A stretch of DNA of 32,000 nt from Xanthomonas campestris pv. campestris str. ATCC 33913 (GCF_000007145.1 NC_003902.1:3746497-3778496), one strand, 5' to 3'. Counted from the stretch's first letter, positions 19,387 through 28,668 are shown. The notes: generated from the letters alone by a model not told the origin. Translations and numbers: made by a program.

Positions 19387-20294
19387 CAGAAATACCCCTC
19401 GAGTTTCTTCTGCTCCATCGATGCGCCTGGTGCGTGGTCGATCATGCGGCCCTGGCGTTCGGAGCTGGTGCTGACCAGCATCTCGGCGATCACCGCTTCC
19501 AGCGTGTCGGCGGTGGATTCAATCGCGCCGGTCAGCGGGTAGCAGCCCAGCGTGCGAAAGCGCACCGAGCGCAGTTGCGGGGTTTCGCCGGGGTGCAGCG
19601 GCAAGCGGTCGTCGTCGACCATGATCCAGGCGCCGTCGCGCTGCACCACCGGGCGCGGCGCGGCGAAGTACAACGGCACCACCGGAATGCGTTCGCGGTA
19701 GATGTACAGCCAGATATCCAGCTCGGTCCAGTTGGACAGCGGAAACACGCGCACGCTTTCGCCAGGCTTGGTGCGCGCGTTGTAGAGATTCCACAGCTCC
19801 GGGCGCTGATTCTTCGGGTCCCAGCGATGGCGTGCATTGCGGAACGAGAACACGCGCTCCTTGGCGCGCGATTTCTCTTCGTCCCGGCGCGCCCCGCCGA
19901 TCGCCGCATCGAAGCCGCCCTGCTCCAGCGCCTGCTTCAGGCCCTGGGTCTTCATCACGTCGGTGTGCACCGCCGCGCCATGGCTGATCGGGCCGATGTC
20001 CTGCGCGACGCCTTCCGGGTTGATGTGCACGCGCAGGTCCACCGCGGTCTCGGCCGCGCGACGGTCGCGGAAGGCGATCATCTCGCGGAATTTCCAGCGC
20101 GTATCCACGTGCAGCAGCGGGATCGGCGGTGGCGAGGGGGCAAAGGCCTTGAGCAGCAGGTGCAGCAGCACCGAGCTGTCCTTGCCGACCGAATACAGCA
20201 TCACCGGCGCACGGAACTCGGCGGCGACCTCGCGCAGGATGTGGATGCTCTCGGCCTCGAGACGGTCGAGATGGGAAAGGGGTGGCAGGGTCAT
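19386..20294 (-). CDS. cysD: Sulfate adenylyltransferase subunit 2.
   Basis: Track ORF 19386..20525 trimmed to ATG 20294, giving 302 aa. It begins [27 protein letters not shown] and contains the PP-loop [13 protein letters not shown], plus [29 protein letters not shown] and the C-terminal LEGYF. This is colinear with enterobacterial CysD as I remember it. Confidence 0.93.
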
Positions 20295-20472
20295 CAGCGT
20301 GTCGTTGGCATCGGCGGCGAGACCAGCCGATGGAAGGGCAAGGCAGCGCAGTGTGTGGCAGGCCCATGCCGGGCCGAAATAAGCACCCGGCATAACGCGA
20401 TAACGGCTGATCCTTTCTGGCGGAGCGAACGCTTCCCTAACATCGTTCATCCATTGCCCTCCCTGGAACCGA
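20295..20472. promoter_or_regulatory. Divergent cysDNC / cysJIH control region (178 bp).
   Basis: Called by position between divergent start codons 20294 and 20473. It contains the perfect inverted repeat ATGCCGGG-N12-CCCGGCAT (20366-20393) and the direct repeat ATAACG-CG-ATAACG (20392-20405). No promoter hexamers could be assigned with confidence. Confidence 0.55.
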
Positions 20473-22320
20473 ATGACCGCCGCCAGCCCCGCCGTGCCGC
20501 CCAGCCCCTTGCCCGACGAGCGCAAGGCGCTGCTGGAGCGTCTGGTCGACGGTCTGGATGCCCCGTCCCTGTGGTGGCTGTCCGGGTATACCGCCGGCTT
20601 GGCGCAGGGTCACCCGCCGCGCTCGCTGGCGGTACTGCCGGGTGGCCAGGTGCATGCGGTAGCGCACGAGAGCCAGCGCCTGACCGTGTTGTACGGCAGC
20701 CAGACCGGCAATGCCCGGCGGCAGGCCGAGCAACTGGCCGCCGAGGCCGAGGCCGCCGGAGTGAGCGTGCGCCTGCTGCGTGCCGATGCCTACCCCACCC
20801 GCGAGCTGGCCAGCGAACGCCTGTTGTACGTGGTGATCAGCACCCAGGGCGAAGGCGATCCGCCGGATGATGCGATTGGCCTGGTCGAGTTCCTGAGCGG
20901 GCGCCGCGCGCCCAAGCTGCCGGAGCTCAAGTACGCGGTGCTGGGCCTGGGCGATTCCAGCTACGCCGATTTCTGCGGCATTGCGCGGCGGATCGACGAA
21001 CGCCTGGCCGAACTCGGCGGCAGCCGCGTGCAACCGCGCGGCGAAGCCGACCTGGACATCGACAGCGTCGCCACTCCCTGGCGCACGCATGCGCTGCGGC
21101 ATGCGCGCGAGCAGCTCAAGAGTGCCCAGCCATCGGCCACGGTCACGCCGCTGCGCAGCCAGCCGGCCGCGCCGGTGTGGTCGCAGCAGCACCCGTTCGC
21201 CGCCGAGTTGCTGGCCAACCAGATCATCAGCGGGCGCGATTTCAAGGGCCCGGGCTTCCGTGTCTATGGCCCGGCGATCAAGCGGGTGCGCCACCTGGAG
21301 TTCTCGTTGGACGGCAGCGGGCTCAGCTACGAGCCCGGCGATGCGCTCGGCATCCGTCACCGCAACCCGCCTGCCTTGGTCGATGCGGTGCTGGAAAGCC
21401 TGCGCCTGGATGGTCATGCGTCGGTCACCATCGGCGAGGACACTCTGGCCTTGAACGAGTGGCTTGCCACGCGGCGCGAGCTGACCAAGCTCTCGCGGCC
21501 CTTCCTGGCTGCGCACGCCGAACGTGCCCATGCAGACGATCTGCAGGCGCTGCTCACCCAGACCCAGACTGCCGGCCTGGCGTCGCTGCTCTCCGATCAC
21601 CAGTTGATCGACGTGTTGCGACGCTGGCCGGCGGATTGGGACCACGGCGGCCTGCTGGCCGCCCTGCGTCCGCTCACCCCACGCCTGTATTCCATCGCCT
21701 CCAGCCGCAAGCGCGTGGGCGAGGAAGTACACCTGGTGGTGGATGAACTGCATTACCAGGCGCACGGCCATGGGCACGTGGGTTCGGCCAGCGGATTTCT
21801 GGCGGCACTGGCCGAAGGCGACACCGCGCCGGTGTATATCGAACCGAACGAGCGCTTCCGCGTGCCGGCAGATCCGGATCGCGACATCCTGATGATCGGC
21901 CCGGGCACCGGCGTGGCACCGTTCCGCGCATTCGTGCAGGAACGTGCCGAAACCGGCGCCAAGGGACGCAACTGGCTGTTCTTCGGCGCGCAGCATTTCA
22001 ACACCGACTTCCTGTATCAGGCCGAATGGCAGCAGGCGCTGCAGCGCGGCGAGCTGCATGCACTGGAACTGGCGTTCTCGCGCGACGCGGCAGAGAAGAT
22101 GTACGTGCAACACCGCCTGCGCGCCCGCGGCGCCGAGGTCTATGCCTGGCTGCAAGGCGGCGCGCACGTGTATGTGTGCGGCGCGATCGGCATGGGCAAG
22201 GACGTGCACGCCGCGCTGCTGGACATCGTCGCCACCCACGGCGCACTCGATGCCGAAGCGGCCGCGGCGTATCTCACCCGCCTGCAGGTGGAGGGACGCT
22301 ATGCGCGCGATGTCTACTAG
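20473..22320 (+). CDS. cysJ: Sulfite reductase [NADPH] flavoprotein alpha component.
   Basis: Track ORF of 615 aa. Flavodoxin block [13 protein letters not shown] and [17 protein letters not shown] block [13 protein letters not shown] block [15 protein letters not shown]-terminal GRYARDVY. Confidence 0.93.
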
Positions 22321-22324
22321 TGCC

Positions 22325-22428
22325 GGGAATCGGGAGTGGGGAATCGGGAATGGGTACGGCCTGCACCCGAATTGTCGCGAGCGACCACGCCGCTTTTCAC
22401 GATTCCCCTTTCCCGATTCCCGATTCCC
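22325..22428 (+). repeat. Palindromic heptamer-built element, copy B, filling the cysJ|cysI spacer.
   Basis: G-rich arm GGGAATCGGGAGTGGGGAATCGGGAATGGG (22325-22354), a 45-nt centre, and C-rich arm CGATTCCCCTTTCCCGATTCCCGATTCCC (22400-22428). It shares an identical 20-mer, GGGAGTGGGGAATCGGGAAT, with copy A. The two C-rich arms are 26/27 identical. Confidence 0.85.
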
Positions 22429-24135
22429 ATGACCCACTCCGTCGAAGACATCAAATCCACCAGCCGCCGCTTGCGCGGGTCGCTGGAGCAGAGCCTGGCC
22501 GATCCGGTCACCGGGGCGTTGCGCGAGGACGATCAGACGCTGATCAAATACCACGGCAGCTACCAGCAGGACGACCGCGACATCCGCGATGAGCGGCGGC
22601 GGCAAAAGCTCGAGCCGGCATATCAGTTCATGATCCGCACGCGCACGCCAGGTGGAGTGATTTCGCCCAGCCAGTGGCTGGCACTGGATGGCATCGCCAC
22701 GCGCTATGCCAACCATTCGCTGCGCATCACCACGCGCCAGGCGTTCCAGTTCCATGGTGTGATCAAGCGCGAGCTCAAGGCCACGATGCAGGCGATCAAC
22801 GCCACCTTGATCGACACGCTGGCCGCCTGCGGCGATGTGAATCGCAATGTGCAGGTGGCGGCCAACCCGCTGCGGTCGCAGGCGCATGCCACGCTGTATG
22901 CCGATGCCGCGCGCGTGTCCGAGCATCTGCTGCCCAACACGCGTGCCTATTACGAGATCTGGCTGGATGAAGAGCGCGTGTCCGGTTCGGGCGCCGAGGA
23001 CGAACCGATCTATGGCGACCGCTACCTGCCGCGCAAATTCAAGATCGGCTTTGCCGCGCCACCCCATAACGATGTGGACGTGTTCGCCAACGACCTGGGC
23101 TTCATCGCCATCCTGCGCGAGGGCCAGTTGCTCGGCTACAACGTCAGCATCGGCGGCGGCATGGGCGCCAGCCACGGCGATGCGGAGACCTGGCCGCGCG
23201 TGGCCAACGTGATCGGCTTCGTCACCGGCGATCAGTTGCTGGATATCGCCACGGCCGTGGTCACCACCCAGCGCGACCTCGGCAATCGCGCCGTGCGTAA
23301 GCGCGCGCGCTTCAAGTACACCATCGACGACCACGGCCTGGACACCATCGTGGCGGAGATCGAACGCCGCGCGGGATTCAGCTTGCAACCTGCGCAGCCG
23401 TTTGCATTCGCGCATAACGGCGACCGCTACGGCTGGGTGGAGGGCGAACAGGGCGATTGGCATCTGACGCTGTCGCTGCCGGCCGGGCGCATTGCCGACA
23501 CCGACACCGCCGCGCACCTGAGCGGGCTGCGCGCCATCGCGCAGTTGCAGATGGGCGAGTTCCGCATGACGCCCAATCAGAACCTGGTGATTGCCGGCGT
23601 CCCGGCCGAACAGCGCGCGCAGATCGACCAACTGGTGGCGCAGTACGGCCTGGATGCCGGCAACCTGGCGCCCACCGCGTTGGCGCGCGGCGCGATGGCC
23701 TGTGTGGCCTTGCCAACCTGCGGGCTGGCCATGGCCGAGGCCGAGCGCTATCTGCCGGATTTCAGTGCAGCGCTGCAGCCGCTGCTGGAGCGTCACGGGC
23801 TGGCGCAGACGCCGATCGTGCTGCGCCTGTCCGGTTGCCCGAACGGCTGTTCGCGGCCGTATCTGGCTGAAATCGCATTGGTCGGCAAGGCACCGGGCCG
23901 CTACAACCTCATGCTGGGTGGCGACCGCCGCGGCCAACGCCTGAACACGCTGTACCGCGAAAACATCAACGAGGCCGACATCCTCGCCGCGCTCGAGCCA
24001 CTGCTGGCCCGTTACGCAGCAGAGCGCGACCGACACACCGATGAAGGCTTCGGCGACTTCCTGCATCGCAGCGGCCTGATCGCCCTGCCGCCCTACCCCA
24101 CCCACCGTCATCTCGACCTGGAATTGCTCGCATGA
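22429..24135 (+). CDS. cysI: Sulfite reductase [NADPH] hemoprotein beta component.
   Basis: Track ORF 22336..24135 starts at a GTG inside the repeat. I prefer ATG 22429, giving [23 protein letters not shown]. Blocks: [38 protein letters not shown], and the siroheme/4Fe-4S cysteines [16 protein letters not shown] and [12 protein letters not shown]. No SD is visible before 22429, so the start is uncertain. Confidence 0.92.
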   Translation: MTHSVEDIKSTSRRLRGSLEQSLADPVTGALREDDQTLIKYHGSYQQDDRDIRDERRRQKLEPAYQFMIRTRTPGGVISPSQWLALDGIATRYANHSLRITTRQAFQFHGVIKRELKATMQAINATLIDTLAACGDVNRNVQVAANPLRSQAHATLYADAARVSEHLLPNTRAYYEIWLDEERVSGSGAEDEPIYGDRYLPRKFKIGFAAPPHNDVDVFANDLGFIAILREGQLLGYNVSIGGGMGASHGDAETWPRVANVIGFVTGDQLLDIATAVVTTQRDLGNRAVRKRARFKYTIDDHGLDTIVAEIERRAGFSLQPAQPFAFAHNGDRYGWVEGEQGDWHLTLSLPAGRIADTDTAAHLSGLRAIAQLQMGEFRMTPNQNLVIAGVPAEQRAQIDQLVAQYGLDAGNLAPTALARGAMACVALPTCGLAMAEAERYLPDFSAALQPLLERHGLAQTPIVLRLSGCPNGCSRPYLAEIALVGKAPGRYNLMLGGDRRGQRLNTLYRENINEADILAALEPLLARYAAERDRHTDEGFGDFLHRSGLIALPPYPTHRHLDLELLA

Positions 24136-24857
24136 CCGCGCTGCCTGCCACATCGATCGCCGCTCCTTCGCTGGACGACCTGGACGCGCTCAACGCGCAC
24201 CTGGAGACGCTGCGCGCCGACGAACGCGTTGCCTGGGCGCTGCAGCACGGCCCGCAGCAGGCGGCGCTGTCGTCCAGCTTCGGCGCGCAGTCGGCGGTGA
24301 CGCTGCACCTGCTCACCCAGCAGCGCCCGGACATCCCGGTGATCCTGATCGACACCGGCTACCTGTTCCCGGAGACCTACCGCTTTGCCGATGCATTGAC
24401 CGAACGCCTTTCGCTCAACCTGCAGGTGTATCGCCCGCTGGTCAGCCGCGCCTGGATGGAGGCACGCCATGGCCGTCTGTGGGAACAGGGCATGGTGGGC
24501 ATCGACCAGTACAACAACCTGCGCAAGGTCGAACCGATGCGCCGCGCACTGGACGAACTCAACGTCGGCACCTGGTTCACCGGCCTACGCCGCAGCCAGT
24601 CCGGTGGGCGTGCGCAGACGCCGATCGTGCAGAAGCGCGGGGACCGCTACAAGATCAGCCCGATCGCCGACTGGACCGACCGCGACGTCTGGCAATACCT
24701 GCAGGCGCACGCACTGCCGTATCACCCGCTGTGGGAACAGGGCTATGTGTCGATTGGTGACTTCCACACCACCCGTCGCTGGGAGCCGGGCATGCGCGAA
24801 GAAGACACGCGCTTCTTTGGGCTCAAGCGCGAGTGCGGCATCCACGAAGACATCTGA
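24132..24857 (+). CDS. cysH: Phosphoadenosine phosphosulfate (PAPS) reductase, thioredoxin-dependent type.
   Basis: Track ORF of 241 aa. ATGA overlap with the cysI stop. Blocks: [35 protein letters not shown]. The C-terminal catalytic motif [10 protein letters not shown] holds the only Cys in the protein, so there is no Fe-S cysteine cluster. Confidence 0.9.
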   Translation: MTALPATSIAAPSLDDLDALNAHLETLRADERVAWALQHGPQQAALSSSFGAQSAVTLHLLTQQRPDIPVILIDTGYLFPETYRFADALTERLSLNLQVYRPLVSRAWMEARHGRLWEQGMVGIDQYNNLRKVEPMRRALDELNVGTWFTGLRRSQSGGRAQTPIVQKRGDRYKISPIADWTDRDVWQYLQAHALPYHPLWEQGYVSIGDFHTTRRWEPGMREEDTRFFGLKRECGIHEDI

Positions 24858-24870
24858 GCCGCGCGCAGCA

Positions 24871-24908
24871 GTGCGCAGGCCAGCGCCTCACCGCCGCAGC
24901 CTGCGCAC
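24871..24908. terminator. Inverted repeat GTGCGCAGGC-N18-GCCTGCGCAC between convergent cysH and the PepSY gene; candidate bidirectional terminator.
   Basis: Perfect 10-bp arms at 24871-24880 and 24899-24908. It starts 14 nt after the cysH stop and overlaps the last codons and stop of the PepSY gene. The loop is long and there is no U-tract. Confidence 0.35.
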
Positions 24909-26459
24909 GCTCCAGTAATGATCGAACGCCCACAACAGCAGTAACGATGCGCCCATCAGCGGGAACAGCAGCCCGCACAGCACCAACAGCGCCAGTACGC
25001 CGCGCAGCGTGCGCGGATCGGCCGGCAATGGCGGCACACCGAGACCGCCAACCGGGCGGCGCTTCCACCACATCACCGCCGCGCTGACACACAGCAACAC
25101 GATGGCCGCACACGCCAGCAGCAAAAGCAGTTGATTGGCGGTGCCGTATTGCTGGCCCAGGTGCACGTTGATGCCCCATTCCAGCGCCTGCGCCAGCGGT
25201 CCGTAATCGCGGTAGCGCATGTCCAGCAACACCGCGCCGCTGTATTGATCCAGGTGGATCACCCGCTGCCGCTGCAGATCGTCCGGATACACCGAAGCGG
25301 TATACACACCGCTGGCACCACGCGGCAGCGCCACGCTATAGCCGGCCGCGATGCCACGCGCATCGAAACGCGCCAGCGCCGCATCCAGCCCCAGTGCACC
25401 GACACCTGGCGCTTCGCCCAAACCGCTGCCGCCACCATGCGCGGCGTGCTCGGCATGCGCGGTATCGGTTTGTGAGGCACGCGCAACGTGTGCGGCATGT
25501 GCAGCGTGTTCGTTGTGTTCGGAATGCGCGGCATGAGCGGCATGCGCCATCGCCGGTGCCATGGCATCCGCTGCGCCCATGGCCATCGGCATTGGCATCG
25601 GCCTGTCAGGTGGCAGCGTCGATTGCGGCAGCCGTGCCTGGCGCAATGACCAGCTCGGCTCGCCGCTGTCGGTGAGCCGCTGTTGCGACATCGGCAACTG
25701 CACGCGCAGCCCGGCCGGGTAACCGAAGTCGTGTCCGTTGACCCAGCGATTGACCTGTGCGCCCCACAGCCACGACCACGGCATGCCGGTCAGGGCCAGA
25801 AACAGCAGCACCGCTCCAACCCCGGCACCGGTGACCGCGTGCAGGTCGCGCCAGAACACCCGCTGCGCGGGACGGCCACGCACGCTCACCACCCCGCTGC
25901 GGCGGCCGCGCGGCCACCACAGGTACACGCCGGTCAGCACCAGCACAATCGCCCACCCCGCGGCCATTTCGATCAGGCCACGCGCGAGGGGACCGAGCAG
26001 ATCCAGGCTGTGCAGCCGGCGAATGGTCCAGGCCAGCGTGCCATGCTCGGGCAGCATGCCCAGCGCACGCCCGCTGTACGGGTCCACGTACACCACCTCG
26101 CGCGCACCATCGGTGCGTAGCACGCCGATCTCGGCGCTGGCATCGGCACGGTCGGGCGTGGTGTAGCGAAACACCGTCCCCGCCTGCGCACGCTGCGCGG
26201 CATCCACCAACTGCTGCGCCGGCAACCGCGCCGGGCCCACCGGCACCACTTTCAATGCGTGATGGGCCGTGCGGTCGATAGCATCGTGATACAGGAATGC
26301 CGCACCGGTCAGCGCCAGCCAGGCAATGAACGGCAGCACCAGCAATCCCGCATAGAAATGCCAGCGCCACACCGCGCGATACAAGCGCCAACGACGCCCT
26401 TGCGCGATCTCGCCGGCAGCGGCCACGGGGGCAACGTGCTGGGTCGCAGAGACCGACAT
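24888..26459 (-). CDS. PepSY-associated TM-helix protein (PiuB/FoxB-like inner-membrane protein) with an internal His/Met/Ala-rich insert.
   Basis: Track ORF 24888..26471 begins at a TTG. ATG 26459 shares one base with the receptor stop (TGATG). TM-proximal blocks: WHFYAGLLVLPFIAWLALTGAAFLYH, WAIVLVLTGVYLWWPRGRR, WRDLHAVTGAGVGAVLLFLALTG, and a C-terminal WWKRRP-type segment. These are characteristic of PepSY_TM proteins. Confidence 0.8.
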   Translation of the reverse strand: MSVSATQHVAPVAAAGEIAQGRRWRLYRAVWRWHFYAGLLVLPFIAWLALTGAAFLYHDAIDRTAHHALKVVPVGPARLPAQQLVDAAQRAQAGTVFRYTTPDRADASAEIGVLRTDGAREVVYVDPYSGRALGMLPEHGTLAWTIRRLHSLDLLGPLARGLIEMAAGWAIVLVLTGVYLWWPRGRRSGVVSVRGRPAQRVFWRDLHAVTGAGVGAVLLFLALTGMPWSWLWGAQVNRWVNGHDFGYPAGLRVQLPMSQQRLTDSGEPSWSLRQARLPQSTLPPDRPMPMPMAMGAADAMAPAMAHAAHAAHSEHNEHAAHAAHVARASQTDTAHAEHAAHGGGSGLGEAPGVGALGLDAALARFDARGIAAGYSVALPRGASGVYTASVYPDDLQRQRVIHLDQYSGAVLLDMRYRDYGPLAQALEWGINVHLGQQYGTANQLLLLLACAAIVLLCVSAAVMWWKRRPVGGLGVPPLPADPRTLRGVLALLVLCGLLFPLMGASLLLLWAFDHYWSVRRLRR

Positions 26460-28486
26460 CAGAAACTCCAATCCCAGGACAGCGACAGTGCACGGCCGTC
26501 ACCCGGCGAATAGCCCGAACTGCCGCTGTCGTACCAGGCATAGACATAGCTGCGGTCGGTGGCATTGCGCAGTTGCAGCGACACCGTATTGCGCGCATCC
26601 ACGGCCCAGCGCGCGCCGAGATTGAGCAGGGCATAGCCACCAGTGCGCCCCAGCGTGTTGGTGCGCTCCAGGTAATAGTCGCCCTGCGCATTGCCCCAGG
26701 CACTGAGTTGCACCGCCGGAGTGAGCTGCCACTCCACGCCCGCGGTGGCCAGCCAATGCGGCACGTTTTCGATCTCGCGGCCGCGCGTGGCTGGCGCGCT
26801 GGGATCGGGCGTGGCGATGCTCGCCTTCTGCCGCGAATACGACAACCACGCACGCCAGTGCTCGGCCGGCTGCAGGTTGAGCTGCGCATCCCAGCCGCGC
26901 CGCAGCGTACGCCCGACATTGGCCACATCGCCCACGCCGGCCACACCATTCACACCCAGAATGGTGGCCACCTCGCCGGACGCGCGTTGTTCCCAATACG
27001 CCAGCCGGCCATCGAGCACGGCGGTGGGCGCGAACTTGAAGCCCGCTTCCCAGCCATCGTTGATCGACGGACCCAGGTTGCCCGGCTGCCGGCGGTACGC
27101 CCCATCACCGGTGCCGATCTGGAAGGTGCGCCCCCAATTCGCATAGGCGCTGCTCTGCCCGGCAAGCCGGTAACTGGCACTGAATTTGGGCTGCTTGATG
27201 GTGCCGTAGTCGTAGCTTGGCGCAGTGATGCCGGCGCGCAGATCCCGCAGCTCGCCATCGACGCGGTCGATGCGGTAGCCGGGCACCAACTGCAATCGCT
27301 CGGTCGGTTTCAGCACCGCCTGCACGTAGGCGCCGCGCATGCGCAGGTCGTAATCCCAGTCGCGCAACTGCGCGCTGCGCACGCGTGCCACGGTGCGGTA
27401 GCGCTGCGACTGGTTGTCCTGCCATTGCGCGTCCAGGCCGGCCTCCAGCGTGGTCGGTAGCGCCTGCCAGCCCGGCTGCCAGTTGCCGCGCAGCAGCATG
27501 CCCTGGTGGGTCTCGTCGGTGTCGCGTTCCTGTTGCTGGCCGGCTTCGGAAAAACGCACCCAGCGCTGGTTGTGGTATTCGTTGCGGTAGGCCTTGGCGC
27601 TCCACTGCGCATCACTGCCGAGCGTGCCGTCCGCATGCAGCGCGGTCTGGCGCAACGTGCGCTCGCTGCGATCGTCCTGCGCATACGCGGGCGAGCTGCG
27701 TGGTGCGGCGCGTGCGCTGGCCGCATCCAGATATCCGGCCTCCAGTGCGTGGTTGTCGTAATAACGGGTGGTCAGCCCGGCACGAAACGCGCCGCCCGGG
27801 TCGGTGTAGAACCATTTACCGGCCACGCTGCGTTTGCGTGCATCGGCGTGATCGCGGTAACCGTCGGAATCGCGCCAGGCCAGCACGTAATTCTGGCTCC
27901 AGGCGCCATGCTCGATACCCTTGCCGAGCTGCACTTCGCGCGCGCCGAAGCTGCCGGCGGTCACGCTCAGTCGCCCGTCGTTGCCACCGGTGCGGGTCAG
28001 CACGTCCACACTGCCGGCGATGGCATGCAGCCCGTAGCGCGCATCGTTGGTGCCGCGCACGATCTCGATAGCCGAAATATCCTGCGGAAACACCGCATCC
28101 AGGTACGGCATGCCGCCGGCATTGTCGTTACTGGGAATCCCGTCGATCAGCAGCTTGACCGCATTGATCCGCCCCTCGCCATTGAAGCCGCGGAACGAAA
28201 ACCGCCCTGCGTCGGTGCCCATGCGGAACGGGGTGACCTGTACGCCGGGCGCACGCATGAGCAGCTCCCAGCTGTAGTCCACATGCTGATCGTGCAGCAA
28301 CGCGCCGCCGATCACGTCCACCGAACTCAACACGCTCGCCGCACTCTGCCCGCGCGTGGTCTGCGCGTTCACCTGCACCTTGCCCAGGGTCAATGCGGCG
28401 TCCTGCGCCTGTGCATGACCCGCCATCCCGCATGCCATCGCCAACGACGGCGCGGACCACATCGCTTTCAACCACCACACTCGCAT
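26459..28486 (-). CDS. TonB-dependent outer-membrane receptor.
   Basis: Track ORF 26459..28528 trimmed to ATG 28486 (AAGGG 8 nt upstream). Signal peptide MRVWWLKAMWSAPSLAMACGMAGHAQA. TonB-box-like TLGKVQV. Plug blocks VDVIGG, GVQVTPF, FRGFNG, IEIVRG. C-terminal beta-barrel signature LSLSWDWSF with terminal Phe. Confidence 0.88.
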   Translation of the reverse strand: MRVWWLKAMWSAPSLAMACGMAGHAQAQDAALTLGKVQVNAQTTRGQSAASVLSSVDVIGGALLHDQHVDYSWELLMRAPGVQVTPFRMGTDAGRFSFRGFNGEGRINAVKLLIDGIPSNDNAGGMPYLDAVFPQDISAIEIVRGTNDARYGLHAIAGSVDVLTRTGGNDGRLSVTAGSFGAREVQLGKGIEHGAWSQNYVLAWRDSDGYRDHADARKRSVAGKWFYTDPGGAFRAGLTTRYYDNHALEAGYLDAASARAAPRSSPAYAQDDRSERTLRQTALHADGTLGSDAQWSAKAYRNEYHNQRWVRFSEAGQQQERDTDETHQGMLLRGNWQPGWQALPTTLEAGLDAQWQDNQSQRYRTVARVRSAQLRDWDYDLRMRGAYVQAVLKPTERLQLVPGYRIDRVDGELRDLRAGITAPSYDYGTIKQPKFSASYRLAGQSSAYANWGRTFQIGTGDGAYRRQPGNLGPSINDGWEAGFKFAPTAVLDGRLAYWEQRASGEVATILGVNGVAGVGDVANVGRTLRRGWDAQLNLQPAEHWRAWLSYSRQKASIATPDPSAPATRGREIENVPHWLATAGVEWQLTPAVQLSAWGNAQGDYYLERTNTLGRTGGYALLNLGARWAVDARNTVSLQLRNATDRSYVYAWYDSGSSGYSPGDGRALSLSWDWSF

Positions 28487-28668
28487 GTCACACCCTTTGC
28501 CGTGCGTGCACGGACAACGCCACCGCACGCGACACCCGCAAGGGCCGCACGGTCAACGGAAGAGAAAGCGCGGCAGCCGCCATCGCGTGCACAGCACGCC
28601 TCGCGCACGCCAGCAGGTGGCGCACGCCAATACGGAAAGAACAGCGGGCGCTCGCGCGTTGCCCAGCC

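Noticed and set aside
17215-19542. A 775-aa plus-strand ORF antisense to cysNC. Similar long antisense ORFs occur at 5364..6956, 7666..9309, 9260..10468, 13231..14472, 15058..16491, 16065..17204, 19287..20870, 29250..30527 and 29900..30970.
   Set aside because: At least some (checked for 17215..19542) are codon-aligned to the real gene on the other strand. All have His/Arg/Gly/Ala-rich, non-protein-like composition, while each opposite-strand gene has clear family motifs.
19276-22428. Short reiterated GGGAATC-type units that might superficially resemble a CRISPR array or a VNTR.
   Set aside because: The units are about 7 nt and tandem, with no spacers of CRISPR size. They form two inverted arms around a unique centre. 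No cas genes are present. This is REP/MITE-like architecture instead.
22318-22431. cysJ and cysI share a reading frame and are separated only by one TAG and an open 36-codon spacer. This suggests a possible readthrough CysJ-CysI fusion.
   Set aside because: A shared frame is a one-in-three event, and stop-free spacers are common at this GC content. There is no recoding signal I can recognise. It is mentioned only as context for the start-site question.
20437-24153. A 1238-aa minus-strand ORF spanning the antisense of cysJ, the repeat element and cysI.
   Set aside because: Its codons are exactly the reverse complements of the cysJ/cysI codons (same triplet phase). It stays open simply because those genes never use TTA, CTA or TCA, and because cysJ and cysI happen to share a frame. 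The product is Arg/Gly/Ala/Gln-rich low complexity with no motifs. It is a GC3-bias shadow ORF.
28487-28668. The leader upstream of the TonB-dependent receptor, checked for a cobalamin or other riboswitch and for Fur or Zur boxes.
   Set aside because: I found no B12-box-like core and no AT-rich 19-bp Fur-type palindrome. The only feature is the GCGCACGCCA direct repeat, which is noted under the cluster finding.
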